Shown: one piece after another, positions 54,756-64,000 of the stretch | Numbering within the stretch: position 1 is the first letter of the stretch | Layout: each line of letters opens with the position of its first letter | From: Planctomycetes bacterium UBA1146 | Lineage (GTDB): Bacteria > Planctomycetota > UBA8108 | Direction of reading: 5' to 3' | DNA: 64,000 bases | Assembly: GCA_963579555.1 (NCBI GenBank) | Contig: CAUZHA010000007.1 | Location: 3,233 to 67,232, forward strand | The notes under the pieces: model-generated | What the model was told of the DNA's origin: nothing | Databases searched by the model: none | Seen by the model: only the letters and a program-made list of their open reading frames with translations | Program-made: the position numbers and the translations under genes

Positions 54756-55559
54756 TCAAGCCGCGCTGGACAGGTTTGCGCAGGTGAATGCAAGCCCGGA
54801 GGCCGCGACCTGGAGGGTGAAATTATCCGTTCCGTGGGGTGAGAGTCCTTCAACGAGCGTTGCTCCCGTTGCGATTACAGCAGCCGGAAGCAGGCTGTCG
54901 GTGAGGGAAAGCGGCGGTAGTGGGTTGAGGGTGGTGGCTTGGATGAGCACAGCGATCGCGAAGGAGACGACGAATACAGCCAGGCTTCCTTCCAGTGAGC
55001 GTTGGGAAGCTTCACAGCCGGGAAGATTCCAGCTGCGGTAGCGATGCCGACCGAGCCGAATCCCCACTGGTTCGGCTATAGCGTCGGCGATTCCACAGAT
55101 TGCGAATCCGAAGAGAGCGTGCTCTCCAAACAGCGAGAGTGAGCAGATGCCGCCGGCCGCAGTGGCCAGGAAGGGGATGAGGATGTGAAGAGATCTTCGC
55201 GGGTGGTCGGATTCCCGGGCCATGGCCTCGTAGAGCGGGTTGCCATCGCCGCGCAACAGGCAATAGCCGATATAGATTGCCGCGAGGCAGCCCAGCAGGT
55301 TGACGCCCGCCGGTCCGTAGCTGGCGTGGACATAAATGGCGAGAAAGAAGATTGAGAAATGGAAGAGCTTGCGGGTGTCTCCCGTTCTCAGGCCCTGGCG
55401 CAGCTTGAGCCAGCCGGCGATCCCTCCGGATCCCAGGATCCACATCGTCAGGAAGGGTACCAGGAACGCGGTGACGAGCAGGCCGGGCAGCTCGGGTTTC
55501 CAGATTTCAATGCTGATCTCGGAATCTCCAGTGTGAGAACCGCCTGCCTGGGGGGTCAC
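54756..55559 (-). CDS. Integral membrane CTP-dependent kinase/cytidylyltransferase-superfamily protein (CdsA / dolichol-phytol kinase-like)
   Basis: 6-7 TM helices. C-proximal ICGIADAIAEPVGIRLGRHRY resembles the G-D-x-x-A...G...G catalytic loop of the CdsA/VTE5 superfamily. Confidence 0.5.
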   Translation of the reverse strand: MTPQAGGSHTGDSEISIEIWKPELPGLLVTAFLVPFLTMWILGSGGIAGWLKLRQGLRTGDTRKLFHFSIFFLAIYVHASYGPAGVNLLGCLAAIYIGYCLLRGDGNPLYEAMARESDHPRRSLHILIPFLATAAGGICSLSLFGEHALFGFAICGIADAIAEPVGIRLGRHRYRSWNLPGCEASQRSLEGSLAVFVVSFAIAVLIQATTLNPLPPLSLTDSLLPAAVIATGATLVEGLSPHGTDNFTLQVAASGLAFTCANLSSAA

Positions 55560-57419
55560 TCAGTCTCGCTGATCCTTGCGCCGCAGCTTTGCGTTCAGGA
55601 CACGCTTTCTGAGCCGGTAGCTTTTCGGGGTGATTTCGAGAAGCTCATCATCCTCGATATACTCGAGAGCTTCTTCGATCGACATGATCCGCGGGGGACT
55701 CAGGAGAATGTTCTTGTCACTGCCGGAGGCGCGGACATTGGTCATCTTCTTCTCGCGGCACAGGTTGACCGTGATGTCGTCCTCCTTGCAATGCTCACCA
55801 ACGATCATTCCTTCGTAGATCGGGTCGCCTGGGGCGACGAACATGGGGCCGCGGTCTTTCAGATTGAACAGCGCGTAGCCGACGGCTTTGCCTCTTTCGC
55901 TGGAGACCATGACGCCAGCTGCGCGGCCCGGTATCGAACCCTTGTGAGGTTCGTATCCATCGAAATTGTGGCAGACGATCGCCTCGCCCGCGGTGAGGCT
56001 CATCAGGCGCGAGCTCACACCGATCAATCCCCGGGCGGGAACCTTGAACTGCATGAGAATTCGCTCACCCTGGAGCTCATACCTGGTCATTTCTCCCCTG
56101 CGCGCACCGACCAGCTCGATCACCTTGCCAGAGCTTTCTTCTGAGGTCTGTACGTGGAGCAGCTCCATCGGTTCTTTCCTCTGCCCATCTTCTTCGATGA
56201 AGATGGGCCGCGGCTTGCCCACCTGGAATTCATAGTCCTCTCGTCTCATATTTTCGATGAGGATTCCGAGATGGAGAGTTCCTCTGCCCGAGACTTCGAA
56301 GGATCCGCCCAGTGGCAGATCCTCAACACGAAGCGCGACATTGGATTCGAGCTCTTTATAGAGCCGCTGGCGGAGCTGCCTCGAGGTCACGAATTTTCCT
56401 TCTGTTCCGGCGAAGGGGCTGTTGTTGACCTGGAAGACCATCGAGATGGTCGGCAGGTCGATGTCGATGCGCGGAAGGGGATCGGGGCTCTCCGGGTCGG
56501 TGATGGTGTCACCAATCTCGACTTCACCGATTCCTGTTACCGCACAGATGTCGCCGGCGGTGACCTTGTTGATCGGCGCTCGACCAAGTTTGTCGAAGAT
56601 GAAGAGGTCGGTTACGCTCTCTTCCCTGCTCTCTTCCCGTCCGCAGACCATGATCCTGTCCCCGGTTTCGATTGTGCCCTTGGTGACCCGTCCGATGCCA
56701 ATACGCCCGACATAGTCGTTGTAGTCGATGGTGGTGATCTGGAGCTGTAGAGGGGATTCCTGCTCGACGATTGGAGGAGGAATCTGGTCGATCATCATGT
56801 CGAGCAGCGGGGTTACGTTATCATTTTCATCTTCCGGGCTGAGCCGAGCGTAGCCGCCTGTTGCCGAGGCGTAGACGATCGGGAAATCAAGGACGTCCTC
56901 GCCGCCGAAATCGCTGACTGTGTCGAGCTCGAGCTCTTCAGCCAATTCAAGGAAGAGCTCGCCGATCTCATCGACAACCTCGCTGAGCCGGCTGTCGGGC
57001 CGGTCGATCTTGTTGATGACGACCAGCGGGCGCAGCCGATGGCCAAAGGCCTTCTTGAGGACGAAGCGCGTCTGGGGCATGGGGCCCTCCGCGGCATCCA
57101 CCAGCAGCAGGACTCCGTCAGCCATCTGCAGGACTCGTTCCACCTCGCCGCCGAAGTCGGCGTGACCTGGAGTGTCGATCAGGTTGATCTTGACGCCCCT
57201 GTAGGGCAGAGAGATGTTCTTGGCAAGGATGGTGATTCCGCGCTCCCGCTCGAGATCGTTGGAGTCGAGGATGCATTCACCCAGGTCCTGGTGGCTGGGG
57301 AGCGAGTCCGTTTCCTTGAGCAGCTTGTCGACCAGGGTCGTTTTTCCGTGGTCAACGTGAGCGATTACCGCGATATTGCGGATACTTTCGATAGGCTTGA
57401 GTTTTGTACTTTCAGTCAT
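55560..57419 (-). CDS. typA: Translational GTPase TypA/BipA
   Basis: [22 protein letters not shown] (G1), [13 protein letters not shown] (G2), DTPGHADF (G3), NKID (G4). Domain order and length (619 aa) as in BipA. Confidence 0.9.
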   Translation of the reverse strand: MTESTKLKPIESIRNIAVIAHVDHGKTTLVDKLLKETDSLPSHQDLGECILDSNDLERERGITILAKNISLPYRGVKINLIDTPGHADFGGEVERVLQMADGVLLLVDAAEGPMPQTRFVLKKAFGHRLRPLVVINKIDRPDSRLSEVVDEIGELFLELAEELELDTVSDFGGEDVLDFPIVYASATGGYARLSPEDENDNVTPLLDMMIDQIPPPIVEQESPLQLQITTIDYNDYVGRIGIGRVTKGTIETGDRIMVCGREESREESVTDLFIFDKLGRAPINKVTAGDICAVTGIGEVEIGDTITDPESPDPLPRIDIDLPTISMVFQVNNSPFAGTEGKFVTSRQLRQRLYKELESNVALRVEDLPLGGSFEVSGRGTLHLGILIENMRREDYEFQVGKPRPIFIEEDGQRKEPMELLHVQTSEESSGKVIELVGARRGEMTRYELQGERILMQFKVPARGLIGVSSRLMSLTAGEAIVCHNFDGYEPHKGSIPGRAAGVMVSSERGKAVGYALFNLKDRGPMFVAPGDPIYEGMIVGEHCKEDDITVNLCREKKMTNVRASGSDKNILLSPPRIMSIEEALEYIEDDELLEITPKSYRLRKRVLNAKLRRKDQRD

Positions 57420-59266
57420 TTCCCGAGGCGGTTCCGGCTATTTTAGACCCTGTTAACATGAGGGGGAAACCCGGTATTATATCGACACATCTTGGGGTGG
57501 CAAATGATCACCATCAGGTTTTTTCTTCTTTCCGGGGAGTGTGCCCATTGGATCGTACCCAGGTCGTCAAGACCCTGCATTTCATGGCTGATTTGCTCGA
57601 TCTGGAGTCCGATAATCCGTTTCGATCGCGGTCTTTCCGTAGTGGAGCGAGGGCTCTGGAGGGCCTGGAAGATGACCTGGTGAAGCTTGTGGAGGCCGGG
57701 GAGCTGACCTCGGTGAAGGGCGTAGGGGAATCTATCGCCGGGATCATAGCCGACCTGGTGACCACAGGAGAGACAGCTAGGCTTGCGGAATTGCACGTGG
57801 CGGTCCCGGCTGGGGTTCGGGCCATGCTCGATGTACCCGGTCTCGGACCGAAGAAGATTCGCGTGATCTGGAAAGATATGGGGCTCGATGACCTCGATTC
57901 CCTGACCGAGGCCTGCAGCGAAGGCCGCCTTGCCAGCTTCAAGGGTTTTGGCTCCAAGACAGAGAAGAAGATCCTTCAGGGGATCGATTACATCCAGTCC
58001 GTGTCGGGTATGTATCTGAGAGCTGAATGCGAGCAGGTGGTTGCGGAATTGCTCGAATACATGACGGGGTGCGCGGTTGTCAGTCGGGTGGAAATCGCCG
58101 GCAGCTACCGGCGGGCAAAGGAGGTGATGAAGGATCTCGACCTCGTGGTTTCGACGGCGGACCCTGCCGCGGTCGTTGACCACATCTGTGCCTGGAACGA
58201 GGAGGCCGAGATCATAGCCAGGGGGGAGTCCAAGACCAGCCTGCGCTGCCCAGGCGGACTCGGGGTCGACTTTCGGATGGTCGAGGAGTCTCAGCTTCCT
58301 TTCGCGCTCTGTCATTTCACCGGCTCGAAGGAACACAATACGGCGCTGCGCGCCCTGGCGAAGAAGCAGGGCCTCAAGCTCAATGAGTACGGGATCTTTC
58401 GCGGCGACGAGTTGATCGAGTGCGCCAGTGAAGAGGATATCCATCGAGTGCTTGGTCTCGATTTCATTCATCCCGAGCTCCGTGAAAATTTTGGAGAGAT
58501 CGAGCAGGCTGCCGACTCCAGCCTGCCAGACCTGGTCGAGGAGGAAGACATCAGGGGGCTGGTGCATATGCACACCGAATACAGCGATGGGGAGGCGAGC
58601 ATCGAAGAGATGGCCGAGGCGGCGCGCTCTCATGGTCTCTCCTATATGGGAGTCACCGATCACAGCCAGTCAGCTTTTTATGCAGGGGGGCTCAAGCCGG
58701 ATGACGTGAAGAGGCAGCACGAGGAGATCGATCGTCTCAACGATTCAATGAAAGGGTTTCGGATTTTCAAGGGGATCGAGTCCGACATACTCGCGGACGG
58801 TTCCCTCGACTATGAGGAGGATGTGCTGAAACTTTTTGATTTTGTGATCGCCTCGCTTCATTCGAGTTTCAACCAGCCTGTCGAAGAGATGACCGAGCGG
58901 GTGCTTCGGGCCATCTCCAATCCCTATACCACGATGCTCGGTCATGTAACCACGAGGTTGTTGCTGAGGCGGGATGGAGTTGCCCTTGACATGGAGCGGG
59001 TACTCAGCGCGGCCTCGAAGGAGGGAGTCGTGGTGGAGGTCAACGCGAATCCCAGGCGCCTGGATCTTGACTGGCGGCATGGGCCCCGGGCGCGGGAGCT
59101 TGGCTTGTTGACCAGCGTCAATCCCGATGCGCATCGGGTCGCCGGAATCGGAGATATCCGTTTTGGCGTGGGGATCGCCCGCAAGGCGGGCTTCGAGGCC
59201 GAGCGGGTGGTCAACACTCTCGATGCGGCTTCCTTTGGCGAATTCATCTGCAAGCGAAGAAGCTGA
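57404..59266 (+). CDS. polX: Family X DNA polymerase with C-terminal PHP domain (PolX); true start probably 57539-57584
   Basis: HhH N-domain (QVVKTLHFMADLLDLESDNPFRSRSFRSGARALE). Pol-beta nucleotidyltransferase core (...GSYRR..., FTGSKEHNTALRALAKKQGLKLNEYGIF). PHP motifs (LVHMHTEYSDG, GVTDHS). The longest ORF overlaps the divergent typA start. Confidence 0.85.
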   Translation: MYFQSFPEAVPAILDPVNMRGKPGIISTHLGVANDHHQVFSSFRGVCPLDRTQVVKTLHFMADLLDLESDNPFRSRSFRSGARALEGLEDDLVKLVEAGELTSVKGVGESIAGIIADLVTTGETARLAELHVAVPAGVRAMLDVPGLGPKKIRVIWKDMGLDDLDSLTEACSEGRLASFKGFGSKTEKKILQGIDYIQSVSGMYLRAECEQVVAELLEYMTGCAVVSRVEIAGSYRRAKEVMKDLDLVVSTADPAAVVDHICAWNEEAEIIARGESKTSLRCPGGLGVDFRMVEESQLPFALCHFTGSKEHNTALRALAKKQGLKLNEYGIFRGDELIECASEEDIHRVLGLDFIHPELRENFGEIEQAADSSLPDLVEEEDIRGLVHMHTEYSDGEASIEEMAEAARSHGLSYMGVTDHSQSAFYAGGLKPDDVKRQHEEIDRLNDSMKGFRIFKGIESDILADGSLDYEEDVLKLFDFVIASLHSSFNQPVEEMTERVLRAISNPYTTMLGHVTTRLLLRRDGVALDMERVLSAASKEGVVVEVNANPRRLDLDWRHGPRARELGLLTSVNPDAHRVAGIGDIRFGVGIARKAGFEAERVVNTLDAASFGEFICKRRS

Positions 59267-59388
59267 TCGCATACCTGGGCTAGAATCCAGCTTGTCTTTA
59301 TTGCCGCCGGTCTTATCCTTGCAGATGCCGGATGCGGTCAGCCAGGCCGCCGTTCAACCAGCCTTACCCTCTCCGGCAACGGGGAACC

Positions 59389-61116
59389 ATGCGCCACATT
59401 TCTTTCTTCCTGACAACGATCGCCTGTTTTTTCATTCTCAGCCTGCATCTCGGCCGGCTCCGGGGTGACGAGGAGCCGGCTGTTTCAGCCGAGCTGTCCC
59501 GGTCACTGGCAGAGAAGGGAAGCGTGGTTGTCTGCGTGCAATTGCGAGATCCCTCGCCCGGAAGCGACTCGCTCAGCGAGCGCTGCGCAAAATACGCTCG
59601 TTCCCAGGAGCTCTTTCTCGCCGCGCTCGACCCGGGCGGCTACCGTTTGCGCTACCGGTACCGCTATTCGCCCGTGGTGGTGATCGAGGTGCTCAAGCCC
59701 TCGGTCCTTTCCCGGCTGAGCCGGAGCGCTCGGGTGAAGAATGCGAAACCCGATCTCGAGGGCGGGGGCGGGCTCCAGCAGAGTCTTCAGCTGACGCGCA
59801 CCAACAGGGTTCACTCTTTCGGCATCGAGGGGGCCGGGACCGTGGCCGCCGTTCTCGACACCGGCATCGATGATGACAATGAAAACTTCGAGGGAGCCAT
59901 CCTTCACCAGTATCATTTTACGGGGTCGGGCTCGGAGCAGGGCGAGGGCGCCTCCGATGGCCATGGGCACGGCTCCCATGTGGCCGGGATCCTGGCCTCT
60001 CGCGGTCTCAGCGCTCCGCAGGGAATGGCGCCCGCCGCCAGCCTGATCATCGTCAAGGTGCTCGATGATGAGAACAGGGGCTTCACCTCGGATTGGGCAA
60101 GGGGAGTCGAGCACATCATTGAGCTTCACGATACCGACAACGGAATCAGGGTGGATGTCATCAATATGAGCCTGCAGACCGATACCGAGTACGCTGGCTC
60201 CTGTGATGGTTCACGCCAGGCTTTTTCTAATGCCTGCGGCGTGGCCCGCTCCAGGGGGATCTCGGTGCTGACCTGCGGAGGGAATAACGGAAGCACCACG
60301 GAGATGACCATGCCGGGCTGTTTCTCAACAACCACGACCATCGGCTCGGTCGTGGACACCCCGCCTCTGCGGCTGTCGGATTTTACCAGCAGGACCGCCG
60401 ATCTCAGACTCCTCGCTCCCGGGCAGCCGATTCTGAGCGTCGGTCTCAATGGCGGAACACGCACTCGCTCAGGCTGCTCGATGGCTGTTCCGCACGTCGC
60501 GGGTCTCTATTGTCTTCTGCGACAGGTGGACCCGTCTATTTCTCCCTGGGAGCTGGATGAGCTGGCATCTCAAACTGGCCAGGATATTTTCGATGAGGGC
60601 ACCGGGCTCCAGTTCCCGCTGATCAACTCCGAGGCAGCTATCGCGCGTTTGAGAGGCAATGACTGCAATGAAAACGGGGTGGGAGATGACAGGGACATCG
60701 CCGCGGGGGGAGGCAGCGAGGATTGCAATGAGAACGGCATTCCGGATGAATGCGATATCTCAGGCGGCCGCTCTCGTGATGAGGACGGAAATGGCGTTCC
60801 GGATGAATGTTTCTTTTCGCCTCTCTTTTACCGCGGAGATACCAATGATGATGGTCTTATCGACCTGGCCGATGGCGTTACGGTCTTTGTCTTCCTCTTT
60901 CTCGGTTCGGTCTCTCCGGGGTGCCTGGATTCTGTCGATGTCGACAACGATGGCCGGGTAGAGATCACCGATGGCATCAAGGTTCTTGCCTATCTCTTCT
61001 CCGGCGGAGCGCATCCTCCCGACCCAGGCGTTCCGCCCGGGCCTTGCGGCCCGGACACGGAAGCTCCAGGTTCTCCGGGCAACCTGGGCTGCGAATCCTA
61101 TTCAAGTTGCCAGTAG
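59389..61116 (+). CDS. Subtilisin-like serine protease (S8) with C-terminal dockerin-like domain
   Basis: Signal peptide (MRHISFFLTTIACFFILSL). Catalytic triad regions VLDTGIDDDN (D), HGHGSHVAGILAS (H), GCSMAVPHVAGLY (S). C-terminal DCNENGVGDD...DCNENGIPDECD and GDTNDDGLIDLADG...VDVDNDGRVEITDG dockerin-like repeats. Confidence 0.85.
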   Translation: MRHISFFLTTIACFFILSLHLGRLRGDEEPAVSAELSRSLAEKGSVVVCVQLRDPSPGSDSLSERCAKYARSQELFLAALDPGGYRLRYRYRYSPVVVIEVLKPSVLSRLSRSARVKNAKPDLEGGGGLQQSLQLTRTNRVHSFGIEGAGTVAAVLDTGIDDDNENFEGAILHQYHFTGSGSEQGEGASDGHGHGSHVAGILASRGLSAPQGMAPAASLIIVKVLDDENRGFTSDWARGVEHIIELHDTDNGIRVDVINMSLQTDTEYAGSCDGSRQAFSNACGVARSRGISVLTCGGNNGSTTEMTMPGCFSTTTTIGSVVDTPPLRLSDFTSRTADLRLLAPGQPILSVGLNGGTRTRSGCSMAVPHVAGLYCLLRQVDPSISPWELDELASQTGQDIFDEGTGLQFPLINSEAAIARLRGNDCNENGVGDDRDIAAGGGSEDCNENGIPDECDISGGRSRDEDGNGVPDECFFSPLFYRGDTNDDGLIDLADGVTVFVFLFLGSVSPGCLDSVDVDNDGRVEITDGIKVLAYLFSGGAHPPDPGVPPGPCGPDTEAPGSPGNLGCESYSSCQ

Positions 61117-61139
61117 CGCCAGCCTGTGAGGGGCGGCGG

Positions 61140-64000
61140 CTACTGCTGTCCCTCGATGGTGATCGCCATGACGATAGGAGCCGATCTGTCTGTTCCCTTG
61201 ATGAGCTCGATTGCACGTATGGTCTCCGCTCTCCTGGGACGAATGGTGAGGTAGCGGATCTGTTGGGTGCGCAGCTTGAAAGCCAGCTTGGAGCCGGGTA
61301 CGTCGAAGTGACCGATGTAGTCGGCGAAATGGATTCCATCGAGCAGGGGGTGGTTCTCTTGCTTACCATCGGCGTAATGGAGGCGGACAATCATGCTGAC
61401 GGTTCGATGGGGATCTCCCTGCGAGCCCCACCCGCTCACTCCGCTGAGGAAATGGATGGTTCCTGCCGGCGCGTTGCAGGGCAGCTTCACAGCCTTCGGC
61501 ATCTTCGGCGGGAAGTTGCCGTTCGGGCCGTTGAGCATGATCACGTTCGGTACCGTATCGCCCTGGGGGTCGACGAGATGGAAGGGGACGCCCTCGAAGG
61601 TCTTTGGCTTCCAGTCAGGAAAGATAAGCCGCTCCTGTCCCGATGCCTTGCTGAAGAACATTCCCGCGGTCGAGACGATGGTCGCTTGTTTCCCGATTGG
61701 AATGGGCATGAAGCGTCCGCGCTGGGTAAGGAACTCCAGCAGGTCGCCGAGCCCTTCAGCCGACAGCTGCTTCTCAAAACCCTCCGGCATGAGGGAGAGC
61801 TTGCTGGAGACCAGTCGCTTGAGATCTTCCCGCAGGACGATATGTTTCGCTCCCTCCGCATCGTAGATCTCGAGCGCGTTGCGGTTCTCGGAGGCGAGCA
61901 AGCCGGTGAGAATCTTTCCCTTGTGGGTGATCACCGTGTACTGCCTGTAGTTTCCCTCTACGCTCCTGTTGGGGTCGAGGATATGGATGAGCAGCTCTTC
62001 CTTGGGGTGGACGGCCATGCCGGTGAGCTCCGGTCCGATGTTCTTCCCCTCGCCGCTGTGCACGTGGCATTTTGAGCAGAGCTTTTTATAGAGTTCCTTG
62101 CCATTGCCCGGGTTTCCCGGCTTGCGGATCACGGCGAGCATGCTGTCGATAACCTTCTGGCGGTCGGGGTTCGGAAGCGAGCCGGCATTTGCGAGGAGCT
62201 TCCTGGCCAGGGCGGCCACACCCTTGTCCGGGTGACGGGCGAGGCCCTGCTTCTGGTCGAGGGACAGCGCCGAGAGATCGAGGCCGTCCTTCTGCGCTTT
62301 CTCCAGCAGGCTGCGCGACCAGTCGGCTCGCTTCAGTACGACCCGAAGAACTTCCTGCTTTGTTCCAGGGGTCAACGAATCGTATTTACCAAGCAGGGAT
62401 TGGCCGACACCGGGCGCCTGGCTCTTCGATACCGCCCCGAGAAGGCCCCTTGCGAGGGAGGGCGAGGCGGTCGGGGTGATCTCGTCGATGATCTCATTCG
62501 CTATGTTCTTGTCGCCTCCATGGAAGGAGACCAGCTCGGAGGCGGCCTCGATTCGTTCCTCCTCCGGGGCCGCGGGAGATGTCATCGTTTTCACATAGCC
62601 CGAGATGACCTCCTCGATATGGGTGTCGAGGGCTGTGGTTTTCCAGCGGGCGGCCAGGGAGAGGAGCTGTCCCTTGACCGGTCCCGAGACCCGGGTGAGC
62701 ACCTTTGTCAGTGCCTTTTCCTCGGCGGCGTTGAACTTCACGGCGCGTCCCTCCGGCCATCCCTTCGCCAGGCCCCGGACGATGGGGTCCGCGATCAAGC
62801 GGTTCGTCCCGGCGCAGGACAGGACCAGGGATCCGGCGTTCCCGGCCGGGGCGCCGCGGGCGTAATGCTCGGCGATTCGCTCGATCATCTCGAGATGCCT
62901 GGCGTCCTGCCGGGCCGCCGCCGGCGAGCCCGCCACGGCCTGGAGGAAATGAATGTCATGCCGGGCGGCGGCGCTGGTCGCCGCGTCGGGGATCCAGCGG
63001 TCGCCGGAGTTGGCCGGCAGGTTGATAGCCGCGGCGATTGCCGCGGCCGCGTCTTTTGACGGCGGCATTTCCGAGAGGGCGAGGAAGGCCGCCAGGCGAA
63101 CCTGTCCAGCTGGATCGCGAAGGCTGCCGGCCTTGATGATGGCTCTTGAGCTGGTGTCTGTGCGAGGCGCCACCTTGAGAGCCGTCCGGCGGACTCCTGC
63201 TGAAGGATGCCCCAGCGCTCCGAGAGCGGCTCCGGTAGCCGAGGGTACCGAACCATCCATCGCGCCGATTCCGTGCATTGTCCAGAGCGCGTGGATCGCG
63301 GCGGTATTGAGGCCGATCTCATCGACCTTCCGGTCAGCCGCGAGCCGGCTGAGGGCCGGCACCACATCGAGGTTTCCTCTCTCCACCAGCAGGCGCTGGG
63401 CGTTCTTTCGCCAGAAGAGGTTGTTGTTGGATAATTGGGCGACCAGCTGGGCGGGGCTCGCCTTCTGGAGATCCTGGGGCCTGTAGGCGTTTCGGCCATT
63501 GTAGACCAGCCGGTAGATGCGCCCGTGAACCTTGTCGCGCAGGGGTGTTACGTAGGCGTTGCCCTTTCCGTTCCTGTAGCCCCTGGGGGTCGGGTTGTGC
63601 TGGACGATATAGTTGTACCAGTCGATCATCCAGACCATGCCGTCGGGGCCGACCTCGGACATGATCGGTGCCGTCCATTCGTCATCGCTTGCCAGCAGAT
63701 TCCAGCTGTTGCGGGTCAGGTAATCGCTGCCGACGCCTTCGATGAGGAAGGTGGCGACGAGGTGGCCGGTCGGTCCGTTGACGAAGGCCGCGCGGTTCCA
63801 ATAGTGCTTCGGGTAGCTGCGGGCGGTATAGAGCGCGTGTCCTGCCGCCGCGGTAAAGTTGTCGTGATGATCTACCTGCCTGACGTTCGGCGTGATCGGG
63901 TAGAAGCGGGCGGTTTGCGAGCTCGTGTCGAGACGCTTCGACGACCAGCCCCTCACCGCCTCGTAGTAGCGGTTGGCGATCGGCATATAGACACTCGGGT
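61140..64000 (-). CDS. HEAT-repeat / cytochrome c (CxxCH) protein of the 'membrane-bound dehydrogenase + heme-binding domain' type; 5' end runs off the window
   Basis: Frame open to the window edge. N-part PTGHLVATFLIEG...VGPDGMVWMIDWYNYIVQHNP is dehydrogenase-propeller-like. HEAT helices follow (LSRLAADRKVDEIGLNTAAIHALW...). Heme motif LCSKCHVHSG. Confidence 0.75.
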   Translation of the reverse strand, partial: PSVYMPIANRYYEAVRGWSSKRLDTSSQTARFYPITPNVRQVDHHDNFTAAAGHALYTARSYPKHYWNRAAFVNGPTGHLVATFLIEGVGSDYLTRNSWNLLASDDEWTAPIMSEVGPDGMVWMIDWYNYIVQHNPTPRGYRNGKGNAYVTPLRDKVHGRIYRLVYNGRNAYRPQDLQKASPAQLVAQLSNNNLFWRKNAQRLLVERGNLDVVPALSRLAADRKVDEIGLNTAAIHALWTMHGIGAMDGSVPSATGAALGALGHPSAGVRRTALKVAPRTDTSSRAIIKAGSLRDPAGQVRLAAFLALSEMPPSKDAAAAIAAAINLPANSGDRWIPDAATSAAARHDIHFLQAVAGSPAAARQDARHLEMIERIAEHYARGAPAGNAGSLVLSCAGTNRLIADPIVRGLAKGWPEGRAVKFNAAEEKALTKVLTRVSGPVKGQLLSLAARWKTTALDTHIEEVISGYVKTMTSPAAPEEERIEAASELVSFHGGDKNIANEIIDEITPTASPSLARGLLGAVSKSQAPGVGQSLLGKYDSLTPGTKQEVLRVVLKRADWSRSLLEKAQKDGLDLSALSLDQKQGLARHPDKGVAALARKLLANAGSLPNPDRQKVIDSMLAVIRKPGNPGNGKELYKKLCSKCHVHSGEGKNIGPELTGMAVHPKEELLIHILDPNRSVEGNYRQYTVITHKGKILTGLLASENRNALEIYDAEGAKHIVLREDLKRLVSSKLSLMPEGFEKQLSAEGLGDLLEFLTQRGRFMPIPIGKQATIVSTAGMFFSKASGQERLIFPDWKPKTFEGVPFHLVDPQGDTVPNVIMLNGPNGNFPPKMPKAVKLPCNAPAGTIHFLSGVSGWGSQGDPHRTVSMIVRLHYADGKQENHPLLDGIHFADYIGHFDVPGSKLAFKLRTQQIRYLTIRPRRAETIRAIELIKGTDRSAPIVMAITIEGQQ

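Noticed and set aside
57443-58663. 406-aa minus-strand ORF opposite PolX
   Set aside because: The + strand encodes a complete Pol X + PHP architecture. The antisense ORF has no motif.

Overview
High-GC (~60–65%) bacterial chromosomal window. Gene content suggests a PVC-superphylum-like organism: giant secreted proteins with C-terminal dockerin-like Ca-binding pairs, a HEAT-repeat/cytochrome-c 'membrane-bound dehydrogenase'-type protein, a spermidine-synthase-like polytopic membrane protein and a DUF1570-like HExxH lipoprotein. About 45 genes are supported. Housekeeping genes include an IscS-like cysteine desulfurase (3' end), a phosphohexomutase, tRNA-Asp(GTC), tRNA-Val(TAC), an RluD-like pseudouridine synthase, thiI, an RlmI-like methyltransferase, typA/bipA, PolX, an Amt ammonium transporter and a DJ-1/PfpI protein. 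Accessory genes include a 1796-aa PQQ-like beta-propeller/TPR/CBM9-like protein, two giant dockerin-bearing surface proteins (680 and 1934 aa), an S8 subtilase with dockerin, an FG-GAP/ASPIC-UnbV protein and a prenyltransferase-repeat protein. Most notable: (i) a thioredoxin-fold + TPR periplasmic protein whose CxxC first cysteine codon is an in-frame TGA, i.e. a candidate selenoprotein split into two ORFs by the ORF track; (ii) a tightly linked TPR-CHAT (caspase-like) protease, a secretin with a ~330-aa C-terminal extension, and a HEAT-repeat lipoprotein, which looks like an undescribed outer-membrane module; (iii) three translationally coupled (ATGA overlaps) signalling genes forming a probable multistep phosphorelay (pseudo-receiver+HisKA-only protein, REC-HisKA-HATPase-REC hybrid kinase, REC + unknown output domain); (iv) a DtxR-like regulator with a Cys-rich tail next to a ferritin-like gene, with a perfect 8-8-8 palindrome between them; (v) two in-frame-length tandem repeat arrays (27-bp x4 and 15-bp x6) in intergenic/5' leader positions. 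All calls are from reading the sequence and ORF translations; no database searches were run.
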